This document shows positions 1 to 12,204 of a stretch of 64,000 nt of DNA, piece by piece. The stretch's first letter is position 1. Each line of letters starts with the position of its first letter. A program made the translations under genes and the position numbers. Source of the stretch: Bugula neritina (lineage: Eukaryota; Animalia; Bryozoa); assembly GCA_964035545.1 (NCBI GenBank), contig OZ037768.1, positions 11,130,741-11,194,740 of the forward strand. The letters are read 5' to 3'. The notes beneath the pieces are model-generated. The model did no database searches, was not told where the DNA came from, and was given only the letters and a program-made list of their open reading frames with translations.

Positions 1-1
1 T

Positions 2-967
2 ATCCTTGCTTTAGCAGCTGTTGATTTGTCTGTATGCAGCATATCAATGCCAATTTGGCTGTTCACAACTTTCACTGAAGATCACGGCTCAGAGCTGCTG
101 TGCAAAGCTGACAAATTTATAAACTTTTTCTCAATTCCGATGTCAGCCGGCATTCTTCTAACCATAGCAATTGACAGATTCTTATTAGTATTCTTTGTGA
201 AAGTGAAAATCATAACAAGATATAAGGCTAAGTTGATAATATTCTTTCTAGCGCTAGGGTGCATTGCTATTGCTATTCCACAGACTCTCTCCTTTACCAC
301 GTTGTACAAACTTGATGAAGAGCTGGTAGCAGCCATATGCCAGGGCACTATAACATGCAACACACTGAAATGTCAGCACACCAGCGAGTACGTGTCCCGG
401 GATGTCTGGTTTTACATGTGGAGAAGTCTGATTATAGCCTTCCTCGTCATGTCGGTTATCTTCACGAGTGTTTACACGTCAATATTTGCCAAAGTCTATA
501 GAATTCACCGTAAAATGAGTCGCTACACAAACTCCGTCCACGAAAAGAGACGGGAGATACCGATGCAGACGGATCATGTGACATTCTCGAGCTCAGAACC
601 TTCCTCCGATAGCAAATCGATATCCAACCGAAACTCCGTCTTAGGAACCAACAACAATCGTCCTAAGAAACAAAACCTGCCTCATTTGCAGACTGCTCGC
701 ATACTGTTCTTGGTGACATTCTGCTTCATTGTAGCCTATGCTCCACTTGTTTTGATGATGTTTCTGGGAAGTTGTGAGAGCAAAGAAGAAGAAGATCTTG
801 AAACTCCGTGTCGCAGAAATGACTACCGAAGATTTCTGTGGCATTTTTATTTTCTGCACCACATAGTAAATCCAATAATTTATTCATTTATGAACCCAAG
901 ATTCAGAGATGCTCTGCGTAAGTGCATGAGTTCCAATGTCTGCTGTAAAGATGGCGGAGGCAGTTGA
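2..967 (+). CDS. Class A (rhodopsin-like) GPCR, peptide-receptor-like, paralog 1; 5'-truncated by the window edge
   Basis: Frame is open from position 2 (ILALAAVDLSVCSISMP = TM2). Shows the TM3 Cys, IAIDRF, TM6 FIVAYAP, TM7 NPIIYSFMNPRFR and helix 8. First stop is TGA 965-967; a probable readthrough extension runs to TGA 1046-1048 (see findings). Confidence 0.93.
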   Translation: MLALAAVDLSVCSISMPIWLFTTFTEDHGSELLCKADKFINFFSIPMSAGILLTIAIDRFLLVFFVKVKIITRYKAKLIIFFLALGCIAIAIPQTLSFTTLYKLDEELVAAICQGTITCNTLKCQHTSEYVSRDVWFYMWRSLIIAFLVMSVIFTSVYTSIFAKVYRIHRKMSRYTNSVHEKRREIPMQTDHVTFSSSEPSSDSKSISNRNSVLGTNNNRPKKQNLPHLQTARILFLVTFCFIVAYAPLVLMMFLGSCESKEEEDLETPCRRNDYRRFLWHFYFLHHIVNPIIYSFMNPRFRDALRKCMSSNVCCKDGGGS

Positions 968-1122
968 CAGATGGCGGGTACTGGAGAGAACCACAGTGGC
1001 AGCAAGACAACATCAACATCCATGCAGATTACCAACACCCCGGTGTGAAGTATTTCATTATAAACTATATACATGCCAATACGTCATGCCCATGTACTTA
1101 TTGTGTTCTTTCCAGTACCTGC
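965..1122 (+). promoter_or_regulatory. Putative stop-codon readthrough signal of GPCR paralog 1 (UGA-CAG plus 3' stem 974-991/1105-1122)
   Basis: GCGGGTACTGGAGAGAAC (974-991) pairs contiguously with GTTCTTTCCAGTACCTGC (1105-1122): 16 Watson-Crick and 2 G-U pairs. The in-frame extension is QMAGTGENHSGSKTTSTSMQITNTPV*. Confidence 0.75.
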
Positions 1123-2059
1123 ATATGTTTCTTTATCTTTTCTTTTTATTTAACAACTTAACACATTAAACAAAATTGACGAGAATGTTGCAATACACAT
1201 CGAAGTAATTATGCATTTCTATTAGAATAAACCAGAGTTAGGCTTATATTAAGTTACATTAGTACAAGTGCTTGGTGCTATAATCCTATTGTAATCACGT
1301 TTAGGTTATATTAGCTTATTTGAAGTAGAATATGTAATATGTAATGTTATATATTATCCATTATATATATTATATATATAGCAATAAGAACTGTTTAGTG
1401 TTCAGTTTTTATTTCACACATCAATATTTCAATATAATTGTCATAAACTTATTTATTATTATGAGCAGAAACTGTAGTGGGAAAATAAAACTTTATTTAA
1501 CAACTCGGAATCTAATTTTGATTTTCTAACATCTTTTGTTGTAAAAACATGCTAATACATATATTTGCAGAATTTTGCTATTAGTCATTCTAACTCATAT
1601 ATATAATATAATTGACTTAATAAGTTTTATAACGGCTAAATTAAAACCTCTTCTGTAAGAGTTTAGATCAGTGCTAAAAAATTTGGTAGAAAGTTTCTAC
1701 TTTATGCTAAAAGTCTGTTTCTGCCTGAAGTAGGGCTTGGTGTCTCTCACCCTACATGTCTAAATCAGATATGTGATGACATGTTTACAGGCTAGTTTAA
1801 AGGAGTTGGTGATAATAATAATGTTATACACTCTTACAGTAAACATGAATAAACTAAAAAATGCATTTTCAACCTTTTTAACTGAAAATCTGTTCAAAAT
1901 TTATACAAACTTGGCAAAATGCAGCTAGCAGAAACAACATAATAACATTATAAATGTGGTTAGCATGCATATAAATCATGATAAATATTACGGTTTGTTT
2001 AAATGATATTAATAATATTATTATTTATTAATAGATTAACATGCATTAATAATTTTACT

Positions 2060-2206
2060 AAAAAGTAATGTTATATATATATGGACAAAACCGTTCAACT
2101 TTTACATATGCAATCCTATACTTGATAAATAATTGCCCCCACCGGGATTCAAACCGCAGACCTCCGGCTTGCAAGCAGGAGCGCTAACCAATCACACCAC
2201 AGGGGC
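2060..2206 (-). mobile_element. tRNA-derived SINE or tRNA pseudogene (Ala-like head)
   Basis: Minus strand 2206-2134 reads GCCCCTGTGGTGTGATTGGTTAGCGCTCCTGCTTGCAAGCCGGAGGTCTGCGGTTTGAATCCCGGTGGGGGCA. It has an A-box and a B-box variant (GGTTTGAATCC) but imperfect stems and a 6-nt anticodon loop. The 3' boundary is approximate. Confidence 0.6.
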
Positions 2207-4963
2207 CACTGGGTAAACTAAACAAGCTGCACTAGTTAATTCATAGTTAGACAGGAGCTGGTGATTGCATGCGTTGTATTTGAAATACATTGATGGCATG
2301 GATATAATCACTAGTTAATAAAACACAAATTAAAAGATGCATTACCTGAATATTTCTGATGAGTTATTCACATAGCTGGGGAGACAATTCTAAAACTTGC
2401 CAACATTTTCAGAGTTTAAACAAAACTAATATCTCAAGTTTTGTATTTTATGAAATTAATATTTAAATATCTGCAATAGCCAAAGTAGATGTCAGATAAA
2501 GTAGTTTATTTTGTGTGTAAATAAGGTAGGCTTACTAACTTTTCGGAGATATGAACAAAAAAGATACCATTGACTACTAGGAGTTGCTTCCTTCTGAATG
2601 TTACGCCCTTCATTTATATCAACATTAGGGGAACTTTAAGTGAATGAAACCCAATTTCTAACACATGCGGCAAATTCAAAGAGTAGATATATTACCTCTG
2701 TAAGCAACCAGCAGCTGAAAAAAAGTGCAGTCAGACTGCATAACTTTGAGAAGTTGTAGTTGTTTTCTCATTTATCCTAATGAATCCTAGTGAATGATAA
2801 GTAAGTTAACTTATATGGTTTGTACGTGAGAATTAAAGCCCCAAAACACTTGTTTTTATATAAAAAAAGACTCAAAACTTTAAATCCTATTTACCTTTTA
2901 AAGCGAAAAAAGAATGTGAATAGATATCTTAAATGCAAAAACACAAAAATAATTTCTAACTTTGGTAACTAATAAATATGCACACATGTGCAAACCAAAA
3001 CTATTTTTTAGTTCGCCCTCATAAAAACTTATATAGACAACAATGGGGTGAGGCTTTATGCCACCAACACGCAAGTTTTTAAAAATATAAGTCAAACAGC
3101 AAATTAAATGATTATCATTGTTTACAATGACTAGTTGTAATTTAAAACATTCACCAAAAGTATAATTTAATTAAATCGCTTGAAAAGCCTTATGCTATGA
3201 TACTATAAGCTGTATAGAAAACTATGAGAAACAACCTTTCACTAGTACTATTCAAGATACCTGTTTGCTAGATTCTACATGAGTAGAGAATAAGCACATA
3301 AACAAATGAATACCTATAATACTAGGTATGCACTAAAATAGATAATACCCTAAGAATATAAACAATGCTCAGTTATTTATAGACATATTAAGATAATCTT
3401 TAGTAATTTGTGGTTATAACATCTGACTTGACTCTTTTGTGAAGCTGGGTACGGTAGGAGATGGAATGGCAGTTTCCTTTGACAGAGAAACTTGTATAAC
3501 AGAAGAAACCTGTATAACAGAATCTTCATTTTATGCAATATATTTTACAGCTTACATAAAAACTGGTTTCTTCAAAAAGCAATAGCAATGCTATTTTGAA
3601 CAAAGTTTTTCATTGGTGAAGAGTATGCTAAGATTTGTATTGGCATGTAAAAGAAGTTAATAGATTCTCATATTAATTAGCACCTTAAAGGGATCATATT
3701 ATAACAAGCCAATCTGCTATTATCACTATGATGTGTCATAGTTTTCAAGTCAGAAAGCTGGTGAGTTATGGAGAGGCAACTTCTAATTATAGTTCAATTA
3801 TACAAAATGTTACTGCTAATATCACTGTAAGCAGCATCTTATGTTGCTGATTCATATGGAGATAAAATCTATAACAGTCCTTTATCATGTGTGCTGCCTT
3901 TTCTTTCTTCTTCCTTTTGTTAAAACCTATAAATATATAATTACTATAAACCTCAAACATTCTTGCAAACTCTAGTAGTAGTTTGTTGTAGTTGAAGATC
4001 AACTCTTTAGATAAACTGGCTGAACAATCGGAGCAATCAGAATAAAGTAAATGGTGCAATAAGAAATCTCAGTACAACTATTCATATGTGTATAATAAAC
4101 TTGGGTACAATCTGGGTACAAATATTATAGGGCTACCATAGACTGTCTATGATTTTTAAGAAAAATCTTCTTAAGGCTACGAATTATTCATAGATAAAAT
4201 GTGTTGCTTAATTTAGCTAACTTGTTTATTTATATATGACATTTTTCTGTCATGTCATGACAGGATAAAAATTATTTCCAGTATATATCACTTGCATATT
4301 TTTCTCACATAAATTTGTCTAGGGTCAATTACCTATTAAGTAGCAACCCTTTTAAAGTACAGCTGGGTTCTGAAACTTGGACTGCCTCCAAGTTAAGATT
4401 GCTATCTTTCATAGAGATAAAAGCTAGCCTAACTTTTGTTGTAGACGCGAAGATTAAATCTTGCCATTTAGATTTTCAGCTATGCATATTTTATCTGATA
4501 TGCTGTATATCAAACAAGACTGACAATTCAAAAGAAAACTAGGATATATTTATAGCAAATGAGCGCCTTTAAACAGATCTCATGTGCACAACTGCATGTA
4601 TTCTTTTAACAATCTGAACAAAAAATAAGTGATAAATTACTCTAAGCATGTGAGACCAAAAAGCACTAAACAAAAAATATAACATCATAAATAAAACTGG
4701 CTACTTGCTTCAAAAACAGAGAGTTTTTTGTAAATTTTGTCACCCCAAAAGATTCCACTTGAACATTATAAGCAGCCTAGTCTATGTCATTATGCAAATT
4801 TTATTACCGTTTAAATGTTGCATAATGTAAATGCTTTGATATGGATAATATAATTGTATTATTTGCTTTCACAATAAACTCAGTAAAGGGTATTATTTTC
4901 AACAAGTATTTCCATAACTGTTACTAGCTATTATATTAGTTTTAGGTTTTGTGCCAGTTTTGA

Positions 4964-5139
<176 letters not shown>

Positions 5140-7049
5140 GTAAAGAAAATAATGTTTTTGTAGCATAAGAATTTTTCGACAATTTGGACTGTATAATAAA
5201 AATTCAAAGAAGCAGGGTTGCTGTATAATATTTGTAGATTTTATTTAATGAGTACCTTCTTGACACTCTCATTAAACATATTGATTTCATAGACAAAACA
5301 AAGTACAGATTGCAGCAACACAACTCAATCATTAAATAATTCACAGACAAGCATGTCATGTGGCACTATAACATGCTTGATAAAGTTCTCAACACATGTG
5401 CTTTTATTCAACACCTTATGTTGGTTATATAAACAGAAATGGCTGTTACATAACATTTAATATATTGCCATAAGCGTTACATATAGCAGCTTATTACTTA
5501 AAATGTTCTAGTTTTAAGCAACCACAAATACTCACAAATATCATATCAGACTTGAAGTTTTTTATTGATTTATATAAAATATGGATTAAATACGAGATTA
5601 AAAATTTGTCCATGCACAAATATTTATAAAGACTACACGGGTATTTAATGCTTAGTCTATGAACTAGCTCATACCGATTCTTTATAGTCCAATCAACAGA
5701 TTAGGACTTTGAGATCAAGAAGTGGCTGTATTAACCATCAGTAGAAGCTAAACATGCTTTTTTAAAACTAGCAGACTTTTTCAAGGTGACTAATTAATAT
5801 TACCATGCTTTCTGATCTTCTGATTTATTATAATTTGATTGTTTGATAAATTATAACAGAAATACAAATATAATTGAAGAGAACTTTTTCTGCTTATAAT
5901 AGAATGATAAATTGCACATATTAAAGAATTTGTAATGTTATGATGTTATTTGAGCCTACTTTTTAGTGTTTCCACAATACTGGGTTGTTTGAAGTGGGAG
6001 TTGTCTACTATATTGAGAAAAAAGCCTGTTGAGAATTCTGATCTCTTTAGCTCCTGATAGTGACCATAGATGTATGAGAATCATTCAGTGCTTATTATGC
6101 ATATGCTAAAAAACAGTTCTTTATCGATATTTTATTTATATATTCATTATAAATATGGTAACTGGTATCTTACATATGACAGTGTATTATCAGTCATTTA
6201 GCTCCAGCTGGTCAGATTTACTGGCCTTATGAAGTGCCACACATAAACACATTTTAACTCAAATAACTTGTTTGAGTCTAAACAACCCAGTGGAATTTAA
6301 AATAGTCTTAAGATGAGTAAAACTGGTAAATACATTTTTTTAAAGCTGTTTTCTAGCATTAACCTCTGAGAGAGAAATAGTAAATCGCATATAAGCCAAT
6401 TAGGTCTAGCTTCAAATGAACACCTTTATAAGTTAATGTAACGGACATAATCTGCTACAAACACAAACCGATACCACAGGCTCCAACTTTGCTGCTGATA
6501 TTATTGAAGGTCAGTTCTAAATTGTTAATGACCACAGTCTATATTTAATAGGTACTACAAAAAATAGAATAAAATGGGCAGATTGCATATTGATGAAAGA
6601 GTATAGGCTATTAATCAACAAACTGACATTGTCTACCAGGTTAAAATTAAGGCATATGCAAAAAAAGCTGTTCAGCAGGTCATACACAATGTGTTATAAA
6701 TAAAACATGGTGTTGGGTAAAAGCAGCTTAAAGCACACATATACTTTGCTTTTGAAATTCCAGAAAAGGTCAACTTTGGAGCTTTACTAATTTATATACA
6801 CTTAGTTGAAATTCCTATCATACCCAAGCTGACATACTATGAGATATGGGGAATATATCTTGATATATAAACTATGGTGGTTGGCTCCACATGCATGCAT
6901 TATTAGTAAGTGCAGCACGTGTAACTACATGTAACTAATAAGAAAACATTGTGATATTCATTTGTAGATTGGAGCTGTAACCAATAAGTTGGTGAGAGTC
7001 ACATGCAGCAAGATAGAAATGTGATTGTTGCTATTTGCTTCTTCCAAAG

Positions 7050-10000
7050 GTAAGAAAAGGCACTTTTATGATTATTAGTATTTTAGTACTTAATATTTAG
7101 TTAAATTTGTAATAGGCATTAATTTTGTAGCTACAGATCTAGTTAATAGTAATAGTGTTTTTATAACAACAAAATAATTTACATATTTTATTAAATGTTT
7201 ACCTGGTTGAGCTACAGGTTCATGGTCTTGGTTTTTATTTAAATGCTAAATTAAAATAATCAGTCATTACGACGGATAAATACTTTTATAAAAAAACATT
7301 AATAAATAATTGTATTAAATTGGCTTTGGTGATTATTTACAGTCTGACTTGCAGCCCAAATTGGAATTTATTATGCCTTGTTTAAAGGTTGATAATTGTT
7401 GCTTAAAATATCTATATTATAGCTCGATGCAAAAAACATGTCCATTAGTAAAATGATATTTTCGAATTCTTTACTATAATTTTGCCAAGTAATTGTTCTA
7501 CTGCTTTACCACCTACACAGTAATACTTTATTGAATTTAATAGATATTTTTTACTGTTGAGAGAGAGTCATGCAATTAGAATTTGGGAACTTGGACAATT
7601 TAGTTACTAAAAACTGTAACACTGATTCAATCACATGCATAATATTGTGTGGGTGTGTTTATGATTTTACCACACATTACTAAAGGTTTAATTAAAATGC
7701 AAATACAATATTTTTTAATGGTAGGTTTGTAACATTAACAAAAACAATGTGTTTCTAAGGGCAGTCGTACTGACTAATTGTACATAGTTTTGGCATCTAA
7801 ACTTTTTTGTTTGGCTCGAGTGTGAACCATCTAATTTATAAGATGTATGCTGGAAAGACTTCCATTAGCTGAATTAAGATTTGTCTACTGGCAAAACTTT
7901 GTCAATGTATGTAAGTGTGCAGCATAATATCCCCTAGCTTATGTAAGGTATTTTATTTAATTAATTAAATAATATAAATATAACTAAGTAGGCAAATACA
8001 TGACAGTATTCGAGTGGGAACATATTTCCAGTCATGCTTGTGCATATCATGTAGGAATCATGCCAGCTATTAGTGTTGCAAAAATATAGTATTGCTGCTA
8101 AATTCATATAAATCTGTAACAGGGGTAATATCGGGTTTGGAATGTTAGCTGCTATGTGAAGGCTTGATCTGGATATTCATGACGCTTATTTTTATGATAC
8201 TTGCATGCCTGCAATAAATGTGACTGGATTTTACTGATGCTAGTAATGCAATAGTGTAAATACTAGGGCCGTGCTATTTACTGTGCAACAATAATACTGG
8301 GTGAATATCTTTCAACCCTCACGCATTAGCAGCTTTTCTCTATCGCAACTCCAAGCTCAGTTTGACTAAATTTATAGTTCCATAATAAATAGGCACAGTA
8401 TGGAAGTCAACTACTCCATAATATCACTATAATATCCAGAATTTTTGAAATGTTGAATACGTTTTTTAGTTTACTGCACACCTCACTGATTTAGGTTTAG
8501 CTAAAACAGCATGCCACTATAATAGAGTTATTTATAACTGCAGTTGAGTACCAACTTATAAAAAATACTTAGCTGTATGCCAAACAAATATTCTTTAACC
8601 TACTTAAAGACTACCTTATAGAAAATTTGCCCAAAAACAACTGCAAGATCATCAGTTGAACAATTCCTTAAATGATGCAATTGACATTCGAATATGAACA
8701 CAACTAGCACGGGTTTTAATATGCTAACCAAAAGCTATACTATATTGTAATGTAATTTTTAAAGTTCAAACCGCTGTTCCTTGAAAATACACCATTGAAT
8801 TTATTAAATATATTTTATTATAAAATAGCAGTCATAAACTGACATTAGCATAGCATATTTCAAAAGTTTTTAAAATCTTTTTAGAAAACAGCCAGTTAAT
8901 CTAGCAACTGTCGAACTAAAAATAGTTAGTCTGGTTAAAAAGGAATTAAAACTGACTGTCCTAGCATAGATTTACTAATTTGATTGACTGTTGTGTACAG
9001 CAGTTACAGCTACAGTGACGGTATTTGTAGCATTTAGCTCAATAGTTCTTGCAGCTCAACACGGTTACAACTTGTATACACCTGTGCCTTTTTGTTGAAC
9101 AAAATTGTTAAAATCATTAGTAAGATTAAAATGTTCCCCAACAATAGCTGTTGAAAGTTTAGGAATTAAAACCAACACTTCTATTATTGCTATATAAAAC
9201 CTGAGTATAATATTTTCGAATTGCTTAGTCATAGTCTCTAAAAAATATATTTGTCTAATGCAACAGTGTTACCGCTATATTCCAAAATTGATATAATAAT
9301 ACAAATACTATTAAAGTATTTTGATTGAGCATTATGTTGAAATTTAATGTAATTTATTAGCATGGCATGGCCATAGAAGGAATTATTATTGATGTGTTAG
9401 TATAATGGTAAAAACAGCAATTTATTGGCAACTATATATAACTCTCTGGACTTAGAACCTAGAAATGTGCCAACAATTTTCCTGGCCTGGGTATAATATT
9501 TAATGCCTGAGTCAACTCTTCGAAAGTAATACAACCTGGATAAATGCTTTGTATGCATTCCTGGCTATTATTTGGATTGGTCATTACGTAGGTTCCCATG
9601 CTGACATGCAATATTATTATCTGACTCAAAAATTTTTTATGGGTTATTGGCTTTTTTTCACATATGTTTAGTTTAATATCTACAGCCAAATAGCCAGATG
9701 TCCGTTCTGCCACTAGCTCATACTTTGGAGGGGGGGGGGGGGAGAGTGCACTAGATGCCCAGTATACTTATAGCGCTGCAATTAAACTAGCCACTTGTTT
9801 CGAGTGAGTGAATGCTATCTTTGATGTGTACCAGTCATATAAGGACTATATTAAAGGTTCAAAACAGAACCTATGACTTTAGTGCTAAAAACTAGTTGGA
9901 CAATGTTGATGGCTTTGAACTTGCAACCCTACAGTTAGGATCTCAAATGCCTCTCTTAACATCAAATTTGATGCCAGGAGAGCAGAGCTGATGTGCTTTC

Positions 10001-10692
10001 CTAAACTTGATATGATTAGTGACTCTTTATTTTGATTTTCATAAGATTGATTGATAAAAACAAGATAGCATTTTGATTTGTAAGAACATGTAGCTCTAGG
10101 AATAATTGCTGTCAAATACAAACTGCAGTATAATGCTTCCCCAAGTAATTAAAGAACCCACAAGATGCATTTTCATATTTAATTACCAGATAATGAGATA
10201 GCTAAACTAATATAGCAAATGTCACCAATATCTATATTATGCTGTTATAGGCTAACATACATCTGCAACAGAATGCAGTACTCCCTATGTATATGCAGCA
10301 ATTTTTGAATAGATATGATTAAAATTACAAAAATATGTACATCTATGTCCCTACTGCTGAATTAATTGATTTGTAAGCATTTAAGACAGTCACAGAGGAC
10401 TTCTTTGCGTATCAATATTAAAGTTCAATGCAACTGTTAGCTAAAAGAGTCCCTGAACTAAGCTGCTCTGTATATAATTATATTCTTGGAATTATTACCA
10501 AATTGAACAAATAAAATTGTACTATCCAGAGTCAATAAGTAAGACAGGGAGTTTGTGGGTTTATTCTGTAAACTAAAATGTCACACCCTTGTACTATTAA
10601 TCTATAAAAATATAGCTACCTATCATTAAAAAGAAATTTCGTTGTCATATTTTATTAATTATCTTATCAGTAATTTATATTTCTCCTTGTAG
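7050..10692 (+). other. Possible 5'-UTR intron of GPCR paralog 2
   Basis: Donor-like AAG|GTAAGA at 7050 and a pyrimidine-rich acceptor TTTCTCCTTGTAG ending at 10692, 68 nt before the ATG. Pairing of these two sites is an inference. Confidence 0.35.
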
Positions 10693-10760
10693 AAATCAAG
10701 AGAATAAGACAGCTGACTGAATAATTTTGGAATTTTTGACACTCAGCTGCTTCATGAGAA

Positions 10761-12068
10761 ATGGAATCAAACTTGACCAACACCGTAAACTATACCTCCT
10801 CGTACAGTGCGCCGATGCTACCTGTTTGCACAGAAAATATTCAGAAAATTATTTGCGACTTCATCTATACTGGTGTACAGAAACCCGTAGACATAAAAGA
10901 TTACAAACAGTCAGTGTGGATATGGGCATCTTTTGGATTCTTTACGCCGTTATGTTTATTTGGAATTATTGGCAACATAATAACAATTATTATGTTTTCC
11001 AAATACATAAAGAAGACAACTACTTCGGTTTTTATTGTTGCTCTAGCCTTTGTTGACTTGCTAGTGTGCAGCATCTCTATGCCAATCCAGTTGTTTGTTA
11101 CTCTCAATGGGTTCCACCAGTTTGACCCTATTTGTCGAATAGAGAAATTTGTCACCTTTCTAGCATGTCCGCTTTCAGCAGGAATCTTGGCTGTAATAGC
11201 AATAGATCGATTTCTACTCATATTTGTTGCTCGTACTGACATAGTGACTAAATTCAGAGCAAAGATTATAATTGCTGTAGTAACATGCATATGCTTGGGA
11301 CTAGCAATTTTTTACACGCTCGCTCATACCACTTTGAGACACATATCTAAAAAAGACCTTGAAAAAGTTTGTGATGGAGAATTTTTTTGCAACATAAAAA
11401 GATGTGATGCCACTAGCTTTCTCTTCGAAAAGCCCCATGAAGTGGCGTTTGACTTGCTGGAAGTTACGCAATACACATTCATTGCAATAGTTGTCATCTT
11501 TATTGTGCTCTACACGTTGATTTTTGTGAGAGTTTATCGAATTCACAAGAAAATGACTTTGTGGAAGTCTACCAGGCATGTTACAAAATCAAGTCAGAAA
11601 GTCTATGAAGATTCGAACACATTCACAACGGAATATCCAGCCACAAATGGAAATGCTACAGAAAATGGTAAAATCGGAGCAAACACTCTAGAAGGAACAA
11701 GCCAGGACAACCACGAAAGAGAAGTTGGTGCAGCTGAAGAGGCTAAACTGATGAACACACCCAAAGAGCCACCAAAGATTAAGAAAGAAAAGATCAAAAA
11801 GAGACGACCACCTCATCTGCAAACAGCCCTCACTCTCTTTCTGGTAACTCTCACGTTCATCATTGCCTATGCTCCAATGATTCTGATCACAATGCTAAGA
11901 GTTTGTGAGGATAACACGATGTGCCCGGATAATGGCTACAAAAAGTTCTTCTACTACTTTTACTTTCTCAACCACGTAACAAACCCTATAATTTACTCAT
12001 TCATGAATCCCAGGTTTAAGGACGCTGTCAAGGTATTCTTCAACAAGTTCTCGTGCGCCAGTAGCTGA
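10761..12068 (+). CDS. Class A (rhodopsin-like) GPCR, peptide-receptor-like, paralog 2 (435 aa)
   Basis: N-terminal NLT/NYT sequons, TM1 GIIGN, TM2 LAFVDLLV, IAIDRF, long ICL3, TM6 FIIAYAP and NPIIYSFMNPRFK; clearly paralogous to 2-967. First stop is TGA 12066-12068; a probable readthrough extension runs to TAA 12141-12143. Confidence 0.95.
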   Translation: MESNLTNTVNYTSSYSAPMLPVCTENIQKIICDFIYTGVQKPVDIKDYKQSVWIWASFGFFTPLCLFGIIGNIITIIMFSKYIKKTTTSVFIVALAFVDLLVCSISMPIQLFVTLNGFHQFDPICRIEKFVTFLACPLSAGILAVIAIDRFLLIFVARTDIVTKFRAKIIIAVVTCICLGLAIFYTLAHTTLRHISKKDLEKVCDGEFFCNIKRCDATSFLFEKPHEVAFDLLEVTQYTFIAIVVIFIVLYTLIFVRVYRIHKKMTLWKSTRHVTKSSQKVYEDSNTFTTEYPATNGNATENGKIGANTLEGTSQDNHEREVGAAEEAKLMNTPKEPPKIKKEKIKKRRPPHLQTALTLFLVTLTFIIAYAPMILITMLRVCEDNTMCPDNGYKKFFYYFYFLNHVTNPIIYSFMNPRFKDAVKVFFNKFSCASS

Positions 12069-12204
12069 CGTGAGGCAGGGACAGCATCTGGAGGTTATAC
12101 TACTACAATTACATCAGTGCAAATAGTGAGCACTCAGCTGTAAATATGCTATCATTACCCAGTAAATTGATACCAGTAGTTGCCTAGATGTTGTACCCTG
12201 TCTT
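12066..12204 (+). promoter_or_regulatory. Putative stop-codon readthrough signal of GPCR paralog 2 (UGA-CGU plus 3' stem 12072-12091/12184-12204)
   Basis: GAGGCAGGGACAGCATCTGG pairs with CTAGATGTTGTACCCTGTCTT: 20 bp including 4 G-U pairs, with one bulged A at 12195. The in-frame extension is REAGTASGGYTTTITSVQIVSTQL*. Confidence 0.75.

Noticed and set aside
965-967. UGA as selenocysteine or a reassigned codon
   Set aside because: I could not see a convincing SECIS (AUGA...AA...GA kink-turn) in either 3' UTR, and the stems lack that core. The paralog 1 extension itself ends in UGA at the position matching TAA in paralog 2, and I saw no internal UGA in USP32 or KIAA0753. Not formally excluded without a SECISearch run.
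961-973. TGACAG|ATG as a splice acceptor or reinitiation site explaining the extension
   Set aside because: There is no polypyrimidine tract upstream, and neither the CAG nor the ATG is present in paralog 2, which still conserves the extension and stem.
936-1169. ORFs 936-1169 and 964-1161 overlapping the GPCR1 end
   Set aside because: They are off-frame, have no counterpart in paralog 2 and run into U-rich UTR; only the frame-0 extension is conserved.
2134-2206. Functional tRNA gene
   Set aside because: 6-nt anticodon loop, mismatched stems and TTT in place of TTC in the T-loop; better explained as a SINE head or pseudogene.
2330-2900. Possible TTAA-flanked (Kolobok/piggyBac-like) element
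   Set aside because: The ends are only weakly complementary, so it cannot be supported without other genomic copies.
10901-11797. Antisense ORFs within GPCR2 (and 82-363, 641-862 within GPCR1)
   Set aside because: Typical antisense shadows of a hydrophobic coding sequence, with no independent motifs.
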